A DNA stretch of 32,000 bases. Source: Isorropodon fossajaponicum endosymbiont JTNG4 (GTDB lineage Bacteria; Pseudomonadota; Gammaproteobacteria; PS1; Pseudothioglobaceae). Each line of letters begins with the position of its first letter. Within the stretch, counting starts at the first letter, position 1. The notes beneath the pieces are model-generated. The model was not told the DNA's origin. It searched no databases and worked only from the letters and a program-made list of their open reading frames with translations. Of this stretch, positions 1 through 8,865 are shown piece by piece. The translations under genes were made by a program, and so were the position numbers. Location: positions 960,001-992,000 of the forward strand of contig NZ_AP013043.1 of the NCBI RefSeq assembly GCF_016592615.1, written 5' to 3'.

Positions 1-80
1 ACCTGCCTAAGGGCAAGGACTATGATTACAATGGCAAAGGCTTGTTTGATATTGATGATTAAGCGCATTTTTAAAAAAGC

Positions 81-923
81 ATGAAAAGCCCAATATTTGT
101 AAAAAAATAGGCTTAGATGCACAAGCTTCTAAAGGTTGGTTTGGAGCTAACAAATATCTGATATTGCGCCGTTTTAGCCAAGTTGTTATTTTTACTAGGA
201 CCTTGGTTTGATGTTTGGATTGTTAAAGGTAATTTAAGCTCAAGTTTAACGCTGAATATTGTGCCATTAACCGACCCTTATGTGTTGTTACAGTCTTTAT
301 TTGTAGGTTATTCACTGATATTGGATGCACTAATAGGTGCGTTGATTGTGTTATTGTTGTACGCTATTATTGGTGGGAGAATGTTTTGTTCTTGGGTATG
401 TCCAGTTAATATTGTGACTGATGCTGCCAGTTAGCTACGTTGCCAATTAAACATACAAAACAAAAGTGGTGGCGTTTCTAACAAAATGCGTTACTGGCTG
501 TTAGGAATGAGTTTGTTATTAGCATGGCTGACAGGCACACTTGTTTGGGAATTGGTCAATCCTGTTTCTATTTTGCATCGAAGCATGAGTTTTGACTGGG
601 GGTTAATCGCACTGATTTTTTTATTTGATTTGTTTGTGCTTAAAAATGGCTGGTGTTCTCACTTGTGCCCAGTTGGTGCATTTTATAGTTTGCTTGGTAA
701 GAAGTCATTGTTACGGGTTAATGCACTGGCAAGAGAAAATTGTACAGATTGTTTGGAATGTTTTGCAGTTTGTCCAGAGTCACAAGCGATTAAGCCTACA
801 CTTAAAGGCAATACAAGCAATATCATATTGGATAGTCATTGTACTAATTGTGGCCGTTGTATTGATATTTGCAAACCTAATGTTTTTGGTTTTACCAGTC
901 GCTTTAAAAACACCATTAAATAA
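81..923 (+). pseudogene. napH: napH (membrane ferredoxin-type subunit of periplasmic nitrate reductase), inactivated
   Basis: ORFs 183-434 and 486-923 share one frame and together read like NapH: GPWFDVWIVKGNLSSS, PLTDP, FCSWVCPVN, NPVS, GWCSHLCPVGAFY, and two Cx2Cx2Cx3CP clusters (CTDCLECFAVCP, CTNCGRCIDICKP). They are split by TAG at 432-434, where NapH has Trp (TDAAS*LR). The N-terminal NapH-like 'KGWFGANKYLILRRFSQVVIF' lies in another frame (131-193), so there is also a frameshift in the T-run near 189-193. The start ATG at 81 is uncertain. Confidence 0.8.
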
Positions 924-1007
924 AACATAAAAACAATCTATGTTAATGAAAGTTGATTGCTAATGATTTAAAGTTGCTGTTATCTTTAAATAGATGAGTT
1001 TAGTTGA

Positions 1008-1036
1008 TATTGGTATTGGTATTGGTATTGGTATTT
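1008..1036. repeat. hexanucleotide microsatellite (TATTGG) x4 plus a partial unit, then a T8 run
   Basis: Direct reading: tattgg at 1008-1013, 1014-1019, 1020-1025 and 1026-1031, then tattt. It ends about 10 nt upstream of the GAGGAG ribosome-binding site of napA. Confidence 0.95.
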
Positions 1037-1056
1037 TTTTTGAGGAGAGTAAATAA

Positions 1057-2718
1057 ATGAGCATTACAAGAAGAGCGTTTATAAAAAATAGCGCAATAGC
1101 AGCTACTACAACAACTGCTGGGGTGATAATACCAGGCATTGCACTTGCTAATACAAGTAAAGATGAGGTGAAATGGGACAAAATCCCTTGTCGCTTTTGT
1201 GGTACGGGTTGTTCAGTTTTTGTAGAGGTTAAGGATGACAAAATTATTGCCTCACAAGGCGACCCTGACGCGTCAGTCAATAAAGGTCTTAATTGCATCA
1301 AGGGCTATTTTCTTTCAAAAATTATGTATGGCAAGGATCGTTTAACCCGGCCATTACTCAGAAAAACAAATGGCAAGTATGATAAAAACGGCCAATTTGA
1401 AGTCGTATTATGGGATGAGACTTTTGACATTATGGCAGATAAATTTAAAGCTGCCATCAAGCAATCCAACAAAGAAAACGAAGGTAAGCCTGTTGATAAA
1501 ATGACCTCAGGTGTTGGTATGTTCGGCCCTGACCAATGGACGGTATGGGAAGGATATGCTGCTTACAAACTGTTTAAAGCTGGTTTTCGTTCAAACAATA
1601 TTGACCCTAATGCACGCCATTGTATGGCGTCAGCTGTGGGTGCATTTATTCGCGCTTTTGGCTCAGATGAGCCAATGGGTTGTTATGATAATTTTGAACA
1701 TGGTGATGCGTTTGTGTTGTGGGGTTCAAATATGGCTGAAATGCACCCCATTTTGTGGTCACGCATTTCAGACACGTGCCTAACCAAACCAAACACAGAA
1801 GTGCATGTTTTATCCACTTTTGAGCACCGCTCTTTTGAGTTGGCTGATAATGGCGTGATTATGCACCCACAATCAGATTTAGCCATTCTTAATTATATTA
1901 TTGAGAATAAAGCTTACAACAAAGAATTTATTGAAAAGCATGTTAATTTCAAAAAAACACCTACTGATATTGGTTATGGCTTGCGTCCAGAACATCCCTT
2001 GCAAAAAGCAGCAAAAAATGCCAACAAGGGCAAGTTAAGTTCAATTACTTTTGAGCAATATGCTGAATCTGTTAAACCTTATACCTTAGAAAAAGCAGTA
2101 GAAATTTCTGGTGTGCCAGCGAAAAATTAGAACGCTTGGCAAAATTATATGCCGATCCAGATAAGAAAATCGTTTCATTATGGACAATGGGTTTTAACCA
2201 GCATACTCGTGGCGTATGGGTCAATGGACTTATGTATAACGTGCATTTGCTTACTGGGGAAATTCTGAGCCAGGTAATGATCCATTTTCATTTACAGGGC
2301 AGCCTTCTGCTTGTGGAACAGCAAGAGAAGTAGGTACTTTTGTGCATCGTTTGCCTGCAAATTATGTCGTTATGAAAAAATCACATCGTCAGTTTGCTGA
2401 AAAGATATGGAAATTACCTACAGAAACCATTCCTGGTAAAAAAGGTTACCATGCTGTTTTGCAAAAAAGAATGCTTAAAGATGGTAAGTTAAATGCGTAT
2501 TGGATGATGTGTAATAATAATATGCAAGCAGGTCCAAATATCAATGACGAAATGCTACCTGGTTGGCGCAATCCGGCTAATTTTATTGTGGTGTCAGACC
2601 CCTATCCTACGGTGTCAGCACAAGCAGCGCAGCTGATTTAATTCTACCTACAGCAATGTGGACAGAAAAAGAGGGTACTTATGGTGATGCTGAACGGTAT
2701 ACTCAATTTTGGCGCTAG
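1057..2718 (+). pseudogene. napA: napA (periplasmic nitrate reductase catalytic subunit), frameshifted and 3'-truncated
   Basis: The N-terminus has a twin-arginine signal (SITRRAFIK) and the NapA 4Fe-4S motif [10 protein letters not shown]. NapA-like sequence continues through four frames: 1057-2130, 2136-~2262 ([25 protein letters not shown]), ~2263-2641 ([31 protein letters not shown]...[13 protein letters not shown]) and ~2632-2715 ([28 protein letters not shown]). The shifts lie near 2120, 2256-2266 and 2627. Homology stops at TAG 2716-2718, where IS3 transposase sequence begins. Roughly the last quarter of a normal NapA is missing. Confidence 0.9.
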
Positions 2719-3445
2719 CAGTTGGATACACCTATGGCAAACGCAGAATGCGAGTAGTTTTGAATAACCAAGGTTATAACATTGGTATTTACCAAACTGC
2801 AACGCTAATGAAAAAAGCCAATGTAGTTGCCATACGCCCAAGAAAGCGTCATTATTACCCTAATACTAGATTGATGTTTAAAAAGGCAAAAAACCTATTA
2901 AATCGTGTGTTTGAGCAGCAATCAATTAATACGCATTGGGTTGGTGATATTACCTATATCAAAACCTATCAAGGTGGGAGTTATTTAGCCAGTGTGTTGG
3001 ATTTAGGCTCAAGACAAGTTGTTGGTTGGGCATTGTCAAAACAGCCTAATGCTCAGTTGGCAAAGGATGCGCTTAGTAATGCTGTGTCTAGACACCAGCC
3101 CAATACAAATAAACACATGTTCCACTCTGATCAAGGGACTCAATACTCTTCTAAAGTTTTTATTGATTATTGCAACAAGAACAACATTACTCAAAGCATG
3201 AGCAGGCGAGGTAATTGTTGGGATAATGCGGTCATGGAGCGTTTCTTTAGAAGTCTGAAGACTGAGAGATTAAATTATCAAAGTTTTGCAAATCATAGTG
3301 AAGTCGTGCAAAATGTAGAGGGTTATATCTACTTGTATAATTACAAAAGGATTCATTCAGCGATTGGGTATTTAACACCTGCTCAAAAGATGGCTGAATT
3401 GAAAAAAGCGGCTTGAAATGTGTCCAAGTAGGTTAGAGCATTGCA
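2719..3445 (+). mobile_element. IS3-family insertion sequence remnant A, 5'-truncated (no orfA, no left end)
   Basis: Contains only the 3' ~230 codons of an orfB-type DDE transposase. A plausible right terminal repeat ends in ...TTGCA at 3445; its reverse complement TGCAATGCTCTAACCTACTTGGACACATTTC resembles IS150-type ends (TG...GTTGGACA). The true right end could lie anywhere between 3445 and 3495. Confidence 0.7.
2727..3416 (+). pseudogene. IS3-family transposase OrfB fragment (integrase core, N-terminally truncated)
   Basis: YGKRRMRVVLNNQGYNIG...HWVGDITYI (D)...HSDQGTQYSS (D)...GNCWDNAVMERFFRSLKTE (E) is the classical IS3 DD(35)E core. No upstream orfA or frameshift window is present. The sequence is fused directly to the napA remnant. 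Confidence 0.85.
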
Positions 3446-3474
3446 CACTCACCGAAACCCTACATTTCCCTAAA

Positions 3475-4002
3475 TCATGCCTTCATTGTGAAGATCCGCC
3501 ACTGAATCAAACGTTCTAATGATTGAATAACTCGTCTTGCTGGCATGGACAAGTCCACATCAATATTCAAGCCTTCCCGATTGTAATCATCGACAACATT
3601 AAAAGTTCTAATGTGCCTGCCATCAGTGAGTGAGTCTGACATAAAATCCATTGACCAAGTTTGGTTAATAGTTGTTGGCACACTCAGTGCTTCGGGTTTA
3701 TCTCTTTTGATTCTTCTTCTTGGCTTGATTCTTAGATTGAGCTCCAGTTCTTGGTAAATGCGATACACTCGTTTATGGTTAAATTTGTAGTCTTTAACAT
3801 TACGTAGATATAAATAGCACAGTTTAAAACCCCAACGCTTGTGCGTTGCGGTTAAGCGCAGTAGACAATCGGCAATTAAAGCATTGTCATCACTGAGTTT
3901 TGGTTGATAATAATAAGTGCTTTTACTAATGCTACAAACTTCGTAAATAAGTTTGATACTTGTGTTCTTATTTTGTTCATTGATGTTTAAAGCCATCCTC
4001 AC
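3475..4002 (-). pseudogene. IS3-family transposase OrfB, N-terminal part only
   Basis: STYYYQPK...HKRWGFKLCYLYLR...NHKRVYRIY...WSMDFMSDSLTDGRHIRTFNVVDDYNREGLNIDVDLSMPARRVIQSLERLIQWR, then unrelated residues and a stop. It lies in the same frame as orfA, not the -1 frame expected for IS3. The -1 frame after the slippery site reads VLKPSQWRE, the typical fusion sequence, and then stops, which implies an extra indel. Confidence 0.75.
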
Positions 4003-4017
4003 GCCACTGGGATGGCT

Positions 4018-4287
4018 TTAGAACTTTTTTGCTAAGGCATCCTTTGTAATTTGCAGTTTCAACTCACTCTCAGCATACATACGCTTGAATTGAGCATTTT
4101 CTGATTCTAGCTCTTTTAAGCGTTTAACCATAGAGACAAAATCTGTATCACCGTATTTAGATCTCCATTTGTAAAATGTGGCTTGAGACATTGCGTATTC
4201 ACGGCATAGATCAGCCACAGATATGCCTGATTGGTTTTGTTTGAGTATGTTGACTATTTATGACTCTGTATATCTTGATTTTTTCAT
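4018..4287 (-). pseudogene. IS3-family transposase OrfA (HTH) with premature stop
   Basis: The minus strand reads ATG(4287) MKKSRYTES-TAA(4260-4258)-IVNILKQNQSGISVADLCREYAMSQATFYKWRSKYGDTDFVSMVKRLKELESENAQFKRMYAE. The TAA sits where family members have Gln (TESQIV). Confidence 0.8.
4024..4030 (-). other. A_AAA_AAG slippery heptamer (relic IS3 programmed -1 frameshift site)
   Basis: The minus strand reads GCA AAA AAG TTC TAA at the end of orfA. This is the canonical IS3 motif position. It is non-functional here because both reading frames are broken. Confidence 0.6.
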
Positions 4288-4354
4288 GTGAAAACTCCTT
4301 ATTTTTTATTATAGAATTTTCTACTTTAGAATGGTGGTTTTTTGGGGTATTACA

Positions 4355-4611
4355 GATGCCTCGCGAATATATTAAATTTAGAGTTCCTGCTAGTAATGGC
4401 ATGTCCACACTCATGAGCAGCAAACATTAACAATTGAAGATAGGCTTTTATCATATCCTTTAGTAGGTAAAGCAGGTGTGTAATAAATACTATTGTTAGA
4501 GTGCGAAGCATTAAACTGAGGGCCTGGGTTAGGGTCAGTCTCAAGATGAGGAAGAGACCTTGAACAAAATAACAAAAGCACTAGGTGTTTATCACGAAGT
4601 GGCACAAACAA
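4355..4611 (-). pseudogene. remnant of a HExxH zinc-peptidase-like gene (possibly ImmA/IrrE-type), frameshifted and cut by IS remnant B
   Basis: Two overlapping minus-strand frames read ...NASHSNNSIYYTPALPTKGYDKS / YLQLLMFAAHECGHAITSRNSKFNIFARH. The order (short loop, hydrophobic stretch, HExGH) resembles ImmA/IrrE (M78) peptidases. The reading frame runs straight into the IS end at 4354. Family assignment is weak. Confidence 0.25.
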
Positions 4612-4796
4612 AACAAAGGTCTACTAAGGGAGCATAGTAGTCACAAGTCTATGAACATGAACAATCATTACTTAATTAATCACACTGCTAGTTATTTATT
4701 ATTGAACCCCGACCTTAAATTAACTGGATTATTAACCAATTCACACCACGCTAAAAAAATGGCAGTTGCACTTGGTATCATTATTGAAACGCTTGA

Positions 4797-4988
4797 CTAA
4801 GGCAATACCAACTTAACAGCCACTATTATTAAACCAATAAAAGCAAAGGTCATAATCAGTCCAACTATAATGTAGGCCCATGGACCTTGTTTTTCAGTAC
4901 GCGCAAAGTCCTTAGCCAAGTCTTCTTTTTTACCCACACCAATCATGGCAGATGTTACCGCTTTAAATACTTGCCCCAACCCTTTCAT
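4797..4988 (-). CDS. small membrane protein, DUF2970-like
   Basis: 63 aa with a basic/acidic N-terminal half and one C-terminal TM helix (WAYIIVGLIMTFAFIGLIIVAVKLV). Its start overlaps the stop of the upstream heme O synthase gene (ATGA-type coupling at 4985-4988). Confidence 0.5.
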   Translation of the reverse strand: MKGLGQVFKAVTSAMIGVGKKEDLAKDFARTEKQGPWAYIIVGLIMTFAFIGLIIVAVKLVLP

Positions 4989-5902
4989 TTAAAAACCTCC
5001 CAAGGCAATATTAGCCAATAGTGATCAAATAATAGTGCAACAAATAACAACATTAAATAATTAATTGAATACGTAAAGGTACGCCAAGCAATCCTTTTAT
5101 CATCTGGATTGTTATAAATCTTAATCGCATACATCAAAAATCTAATACCCAGCGCTGTTGTTACTGCTAAATAAATAAGCCCTGACATGCCAGCCAAATA
5201 AGGCAACAAACTAACCAACAACAACAACACTGTGTATAACAAAATCTGTGTTCTGGTATAGGCCAGTCCGTGTGTGACTGGCAACATTGGCACGTCGACT
5301 TTTTTATACTCCTCAACCCGATGAATGGCCAATGCCCAAAAGTGTGGTGGCGTCCAGATAAAAACAATTAAAAACAACAAACAAGCATACTCAATACCTT
5401 GAATGCCAGACACTGCTGTCCAACCTAGCACTGGAGGTGCTGCACCTGCTGCACCGCCGATAACAATATTTTGTGGTGTTGCGCGTTTAAGATACAAGGT
5501 ATAAATGATGGCGTAGCCAATCAGTGAAACGAACGTAAGCACCATAGTAATAGTATTAACAAACAATTGTAAAACGCCAAGACCAACAAGCCCCAAAAAT
5601 ACACCCCATACTAATGCTTGGTTTCGGCTTACTTTCCCTTGTGGCAAAGGGCGCTTGTTAGTACGAGACATTTGAGCGTCAATCTGTTCATCAACCACAT
5701 GATTAAACACTGAAGCTGAAGCGGCTGCCATACTAATGCCAATTGAAGCACTCAGCACCAACAACCCGTTAGGTAAATACGGCGCAGGTACAGCTAAAAA
5801 CATGCCCACCACTGCTGTTAGCAATATCAGTGCCACTACTTTAAGTTTACACAAAGCTAGTAAGTCACTGATTGAAGGCATTGTCATCTCCTGTTTAGCC
5901 AA
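4985..5902 (-). CDS. cyoE: protoheme IX farnesyltransferase (heme O synthase)
   Basis: 305 aa polytopic UbiA-family protein: NHVVDEQIDAQMSRTNKRPLP, GGAAGAAPPVLGW, WTPPHFWALA. Confidence 0.9.
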   Translation of the reverse strand: MAKQEMTMPSISDLLALCKLKVVALILLTAVVGMFLAVPAPYLPNGLLVLSASIGISMAAASASVFNHVVDEQIDAQMSRTNKRPLPQGKVSRNQALVWGVFLGLVGLGVLQLFVNTITMVLTFVSLIGYAIIYTLYLKRATPQNIVIGGAAGAAPPVLGWTAVSGIQGIEYACLLFLIVFIWTPPHFWALAIHRVEEYKKVDVPMLPVTHGLAYTRTQILLYTVLLLLVSLLPYLAGMSGLIYLAVTTALGIRFLMYAIKIYNNPDDKRIAWRTFTYSINYLMLLFVALLFDHYWLILPWEVFK

Positions 5903-6425
5903 TGCGTGAATATTTAAATAAGCGTTTTAAATCTTTAATAACACGCTTAATCTCTAAATTTTTAGAATTGTAACGCAACATCACATTGCCAAGCGGGTCA
6001 ATCAAAAATAAACTATTTTCTGGAAACTGATTCAGTTGTCGATTAAGCGCTTTACTAGCATGTCCAACTAATACATCTGCTTGTTGCGCTTTGGCTTTGT
6101 TTGTTATTAACAGCAAATTTTGAATACGGCGCATGTCTTCATTCATCAAAATACGAACAGTCTTCATATCTTGCAATGCCTTTATACAAGTATTACCACA
6201 TTGCTTAGTTGTGTAGGTCAATGTCCACAAACCTTGCAAGCTACTTTGGGTGTCAATAAAAGTAATGTCTTGTTTTGTAGTGGTAATGATAGGGTTAACA
6301 AACTCACCATAATTAACCGTATGCTGAGTAAAAGAAGCAGGACTTAAGTAAAAGAAAGCCGTTCCAAAAGCAATTGGCAATACAAAGGATGCCAACAATA
6401 TCCACAATTCTTTCTTAGAGTCCAT
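5895..6425 (-). CDS. membrane-anchored SCO1/SenC-like thioredoxin-fold protein (cytochrome oxidase biogenesis context)
   Basis: N-terminal TM helix, then LQGLWTLTYTTKQCGNTCIKAL (Cx3C in the SCO-like position). It overlaps the start of the heme O synthase gene. Function is inferred from motif and neighbourhood only. Confidence 0.4.
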   Translation of the reverse strand: MDSKKELWILLASFVLPIAFGTAFFYLSPASFTQHTVNYGEFVNPIITTTKQDITFIDTQSSLQGLWTLTYTTKQCGNTCIKALQDMKTVRILMNEDMRRIQNLLLITNKAKAQQADVLVGHASKALNRQLNQFPENSLFLIDPLGNVMLRYNSKNLEIKRVIKDLKRLFKYSRIG

Positions 6426-6493
6426 AAAAATCTTATGCTTATAAAGCGCCTAATAATACACTTAAAAACACCAAGAAATTAAAAAACCAAGTA

Positions 6494-7267
6494 TTATAGT
6501 CTGACTTCTATGCCGTTTTCTTGCATGGCTTGTTTGGCTTGTTGTATCGTATAGTCACCAAAATGAAAAATACTAGCTGCCAGCACTGCATCAGCACCAC
6601 CTTGTAACACACCTTCAGACAAATGCTCTAAATTACCCACACCACCAGAGGCAATCACAGGCACATCCACCGCATCAGAAACTGCCTTAGTGAGTAACAA
6701 ATCAAAGCCTGTCTTAACGCCATCACAATCCATTGAGGTAAGCAGCACCTCACCAGCACCATTATCACCTTGAGTCATGTTAACTGCCCACTCAATAGCG
6801 TCAATACCCGTTGGTTTGCGTCCGCCGTGAGTAAAAATTTCCCATTTCAATGGGCTCTCGGTCACTCTTTTAGCATCAATTGCAATCACAATACATTGCG
6901 AGCCAAATTCTTCACTTAACTGGTTAATTAGATTAGGATTAAAAATGGCAGCAGAATTAACAGCAACTTTATCCGCGCCTGCATTTAACATCGCGCGCAC
7001 ATCAGCCGACTTACGAATGCCGCCACCCACAGTCAGTGGAATAAATACTTGTTCAGCAATTGCCTCCACCATATGTACCATAGTGTCCCTACCCTCAATT
7101 GATGCAGTAATGTCTAAAAAAGTAATCTCATCAGCGCCCTCAAGATCATAACGCTTAGCCGCCTCAACTGGGTCGCCTGCATCCTTGATATCAACAAACT
7201 TAGTGCCTTTAACCACACGACCATCACGCACATCAAGACAAGGAATGATTCTTTTTGCTAAACTCAT
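6494..7267 (-). CDS. hisF: imidazole glycerol phosphate synthase cyclase subunit HisF
   Basis: [21 protein letters not shown]...PLTVGGGIR...DKVAVNSAA...ASGGVG. I chose the start at the third Met (7267), which gives 257 aa. The ORF extends to 7294. Confidence 0.93.
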   Translation of the reverse strand: MSLAKRIIPCLDVRDGRVVKGTKFVDIKDAGDPVEAAKRYDLEGADEITFLDITASIEGRDTMVHMVEAIAEQVFIPLTVGGGIRKSADVRAMLNAGADKVAVNSAAIFNPNLINQLSEEFGSQCIVIAIDAKRVTESPLKWEIFTHGGRKPTGIDAIEWAVNMTQGDNGAGEVLLTSMDCDGVKTGFDLLLTKAVSDAVDVPVIASGGVGNLEHLSEGVLQGGADAVLAASIFHFGDYTIQQAKQAMQENGIEVRL

Positions 7268-7354
7268 AAGCATGAATTTTACCGCACACACCAACTCTAT
7301 ATTAACTGTGTTTACTGATTGCTTGCAATGCTATGGGTATAATCCGACTTTGTT

Positions 7355-8071
7355 ATGGGTACGCTTAAACACATCGCAATTATCATGGACGGCAATGGTC
7401 GTTGGGCATCAAAACGCTCTTTACCCCGCATTCTGGGACACCAACAAGGGATTAAAGCGGTGTGTGGTGTTGTTAAAGCTTGTGCAATACGCGGTATTAA
7501 AACACTGACCTTGTTTGCTTTTAGTAGCGAGAATAAAAACCGTTCGACTGAAGAAGTCTTTTTGTTATTTAAACTATTTCTTGGTGTGCTTAAACAAGGG
7601 GTTAAAAAACTCAATGAGCACAATATCAAACTAAAAATAATTGGGGATATGTCTTTATTTCCTGCCAAAATCCAACAAACAGCACTTGATGCACAGGCAC
7701 TACTCGCTAGCAATACTGGTCTAACGCTAGTGATTGCAGCCAATTATGGTGGTCAATGGGACATTGCTCAAGCAGCAGCCAAGATCGCACAAGCAGCTAT
7801 TGCTGGCAACATAAAAGCCAATAATATTAATGTGGATAGCTTCTCACAATATCTGTCATTAGCCAATGAGCCAACTGTTGATTTGTTAATTCGTACTAGT
7901 GGTGAACTTAGGATTAGTAATTTTTTACTGTGGGATATTGCTTATAGTGAGTTTTATTTCACAGAAACACTGTGGCCAGATTTTAGCGAGTCTGAATTAA
8001 ACAAAGCCATCACCAACTTTAATAATTGTAATCGGCGTTTTGGCACAAGACTTAAAGAAAAACCATGCTAA
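7355..8071 (+). CDS. uppS: ditrans,polycis-undecaprenyl-diphosphate synthase
   Basis: HIAIIMDGNGRWA, LTLFAFSSEN, LLIRTSGELRISNFLLW. Confidence 0.95.
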   Translation: MGTLKHIAIIMDGNGRWASKRSLPRILGHQQGIKAVCGVVKACAIRGIKTLTLFAFSSENKNRSTEEVFLLFKLFLGVLKQGVKKLNEHNIKLKIIGDMSLFPAKIQQTALDAQALLASNTGLTLVIAANYGGQWDIAQAAAKIAQAAIAGNIKANNINVDSFSQYLSLANEPTVDLLIRTSGELRISNFLLWDIAYSEFYFTETLWPDFSESELNKAITNFNNCNRRFGTRLKEKPC

Positions 8072-8865
8072 GACAAAGAATCATCACCGCGCTCATTTTG
8101 GCACCATTATTTATTTGGGCAATATTCGCCATGCCCAGTCATTACTTCGCACAATTACTTTTGGTTTTTGTTGCACTTGGTGCATGGGAATTCTCACGTT
8201 TAATTAAATTTAAGCACTTAGTTGCTAGACTGTTATTGATGGTTGGTATTGTTGCCTGCGCACTCATCATTCAGAACAATGCCCAAATTATTGCGTTTGT
8301 GCTTTACTTGTCCATTTTATGGTGGATGGTTAATGTATATTGGGTACTAAGTTATCCCAATAAAACCAATCTGTGGTTTAATCCACTTATTGTTCGTATC
8401 ATAAGTGGCGTATTGTTATTAGTGCCTATGTGGGTTGCATTAATTACTTTACAACAACAATACGGCGCTGATTATTTCTTACTACTCATGCTGATTATTT
8501 GGGGTGCTGATTCTGGTGCTTATTTTACTGGCAAGGCAATTGGCAAAAGAAAATTAGCACCAAAAGTAAGCCCAGGAAAATCAATCGAGGGTGTGATTGG
8601 TGGCATTGGCGCTGCCTTAATAGTGATGGTTGTGTTTTTACAATATCAAAATATAGCGACCAATCAATATTTGAGTTATTTACTATTAGCCATTGTTGTC
8701 GCTAGCGTATCAGTATTGGGCGATTTGCTTGAAAGCTTATTTAAACGCACCTCAAACATTAAAGACAGTGGACAAATTCTGCCTGGACATGGTGGCATTC
8801 TAGACCGAATTGATTCTCTCACAGCAGCAGCACCATTCTTTCTACTAGGGCTTGGCTTAATATGA
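8065..8865 (+). CDS. cdsA: phosphatidate cytidylyltransferase
   Basis: Polytopic membrane protein with SPGKSIEG and the C-terminal SxLGDLxESxFKR...KDSGxxLPGHGGxLDRxDS signature. It overlaps the uppS stop. Confidence 0.93.
   Translation: MLRQRIITALILAPLFIWAIFAMPSHYFAQLLLVFVALGAWEFSRLIKFKHLVARLLLMVGIVACALIIQNNAQIIAFVLYLSILWWMVNVYWVLSYPNKTNLWFNPLIVRIISGVLLLVPMWVALITLQQQYGADYFLLLMLIIWGADSGAYFTGKAIGKRKLAPKVSPGKSIEGVIGGIGAALIVMVVFLQYQNIATNQYLSYLLLAIVVASVSVLGDLLESLFKRTSNIKDSGQILPGHGGILDRIDSLTAAAPFFLLGLGLI

Larger units (their letters stand above)
3496..4354 (-). mobile_element. IS3-family (IS407/IS2-like) insertion sequence remnant B, 3'-truncated
   Basis: On the minus strand: a terminal repeat starting TGTAATACCCCAAAAAACC (its outer end at 4354), then orfA, an A_AAA_AAG slippery site, and only the first ~170 codons of orfB. 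The second and third catalytic residues and the right end are absent. Confidence 0.75.

Noticed and set aside
1-62. 3' end of an upstream ORF (...LPKGKDYDYNGKGLFDIDD*), possibly napG
   Set aside because: Only 20 codons are visible and I cannot match them to NapG or anything else from memory, so it is not reported as a feature.
432-434. In-frame TAG in napH as a possible recoding or read-through site
   Set aside because: The position corresponds to a conserved Trp (TGG->TAG is one transition). The same gene also has a frameshift and the neighbouring napA is wrecked. Plain nonsense mutation is the parsimonious reading.
960-1301. 113-aa minus-strand ORF containing an 'IPIPIPIPI' peptide repeat
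   Set aside because: The repeat is simply the antisense translation of the (TATTGG)n microsatellite. The rest is antisense to the well-supported napA 5' end. It has no independent coding evidence.
4355-4800. Searched all six frames for the missing NapA C-terminus or for napB/napC downstream of the IS elements
   Set aside because: I could read nothing resembling the NapA C-terminal region or a CxxCH cytochrome. The 71-aa + strand ORF 4585-4800 has no ribosome-binding site or recognisable motif and lies in apparently decayed spacer.
7312-7743. 143-aa minus-strand ORF antisense to uppS. Similar long antisense ORFs lie in hisF (6945-7151), dxr (9125-9618), recJ (17236-17934), ppiD (23165-24577), dnaB (30239-30714), the GHKL-island region (13935-14195, 15718-16014) and hupB (25089-25346)
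   Set aside because: Each lies fully inside a gene with strong motif support on the opposite strand and shows no motifs of its own. These are shadow ORFs.
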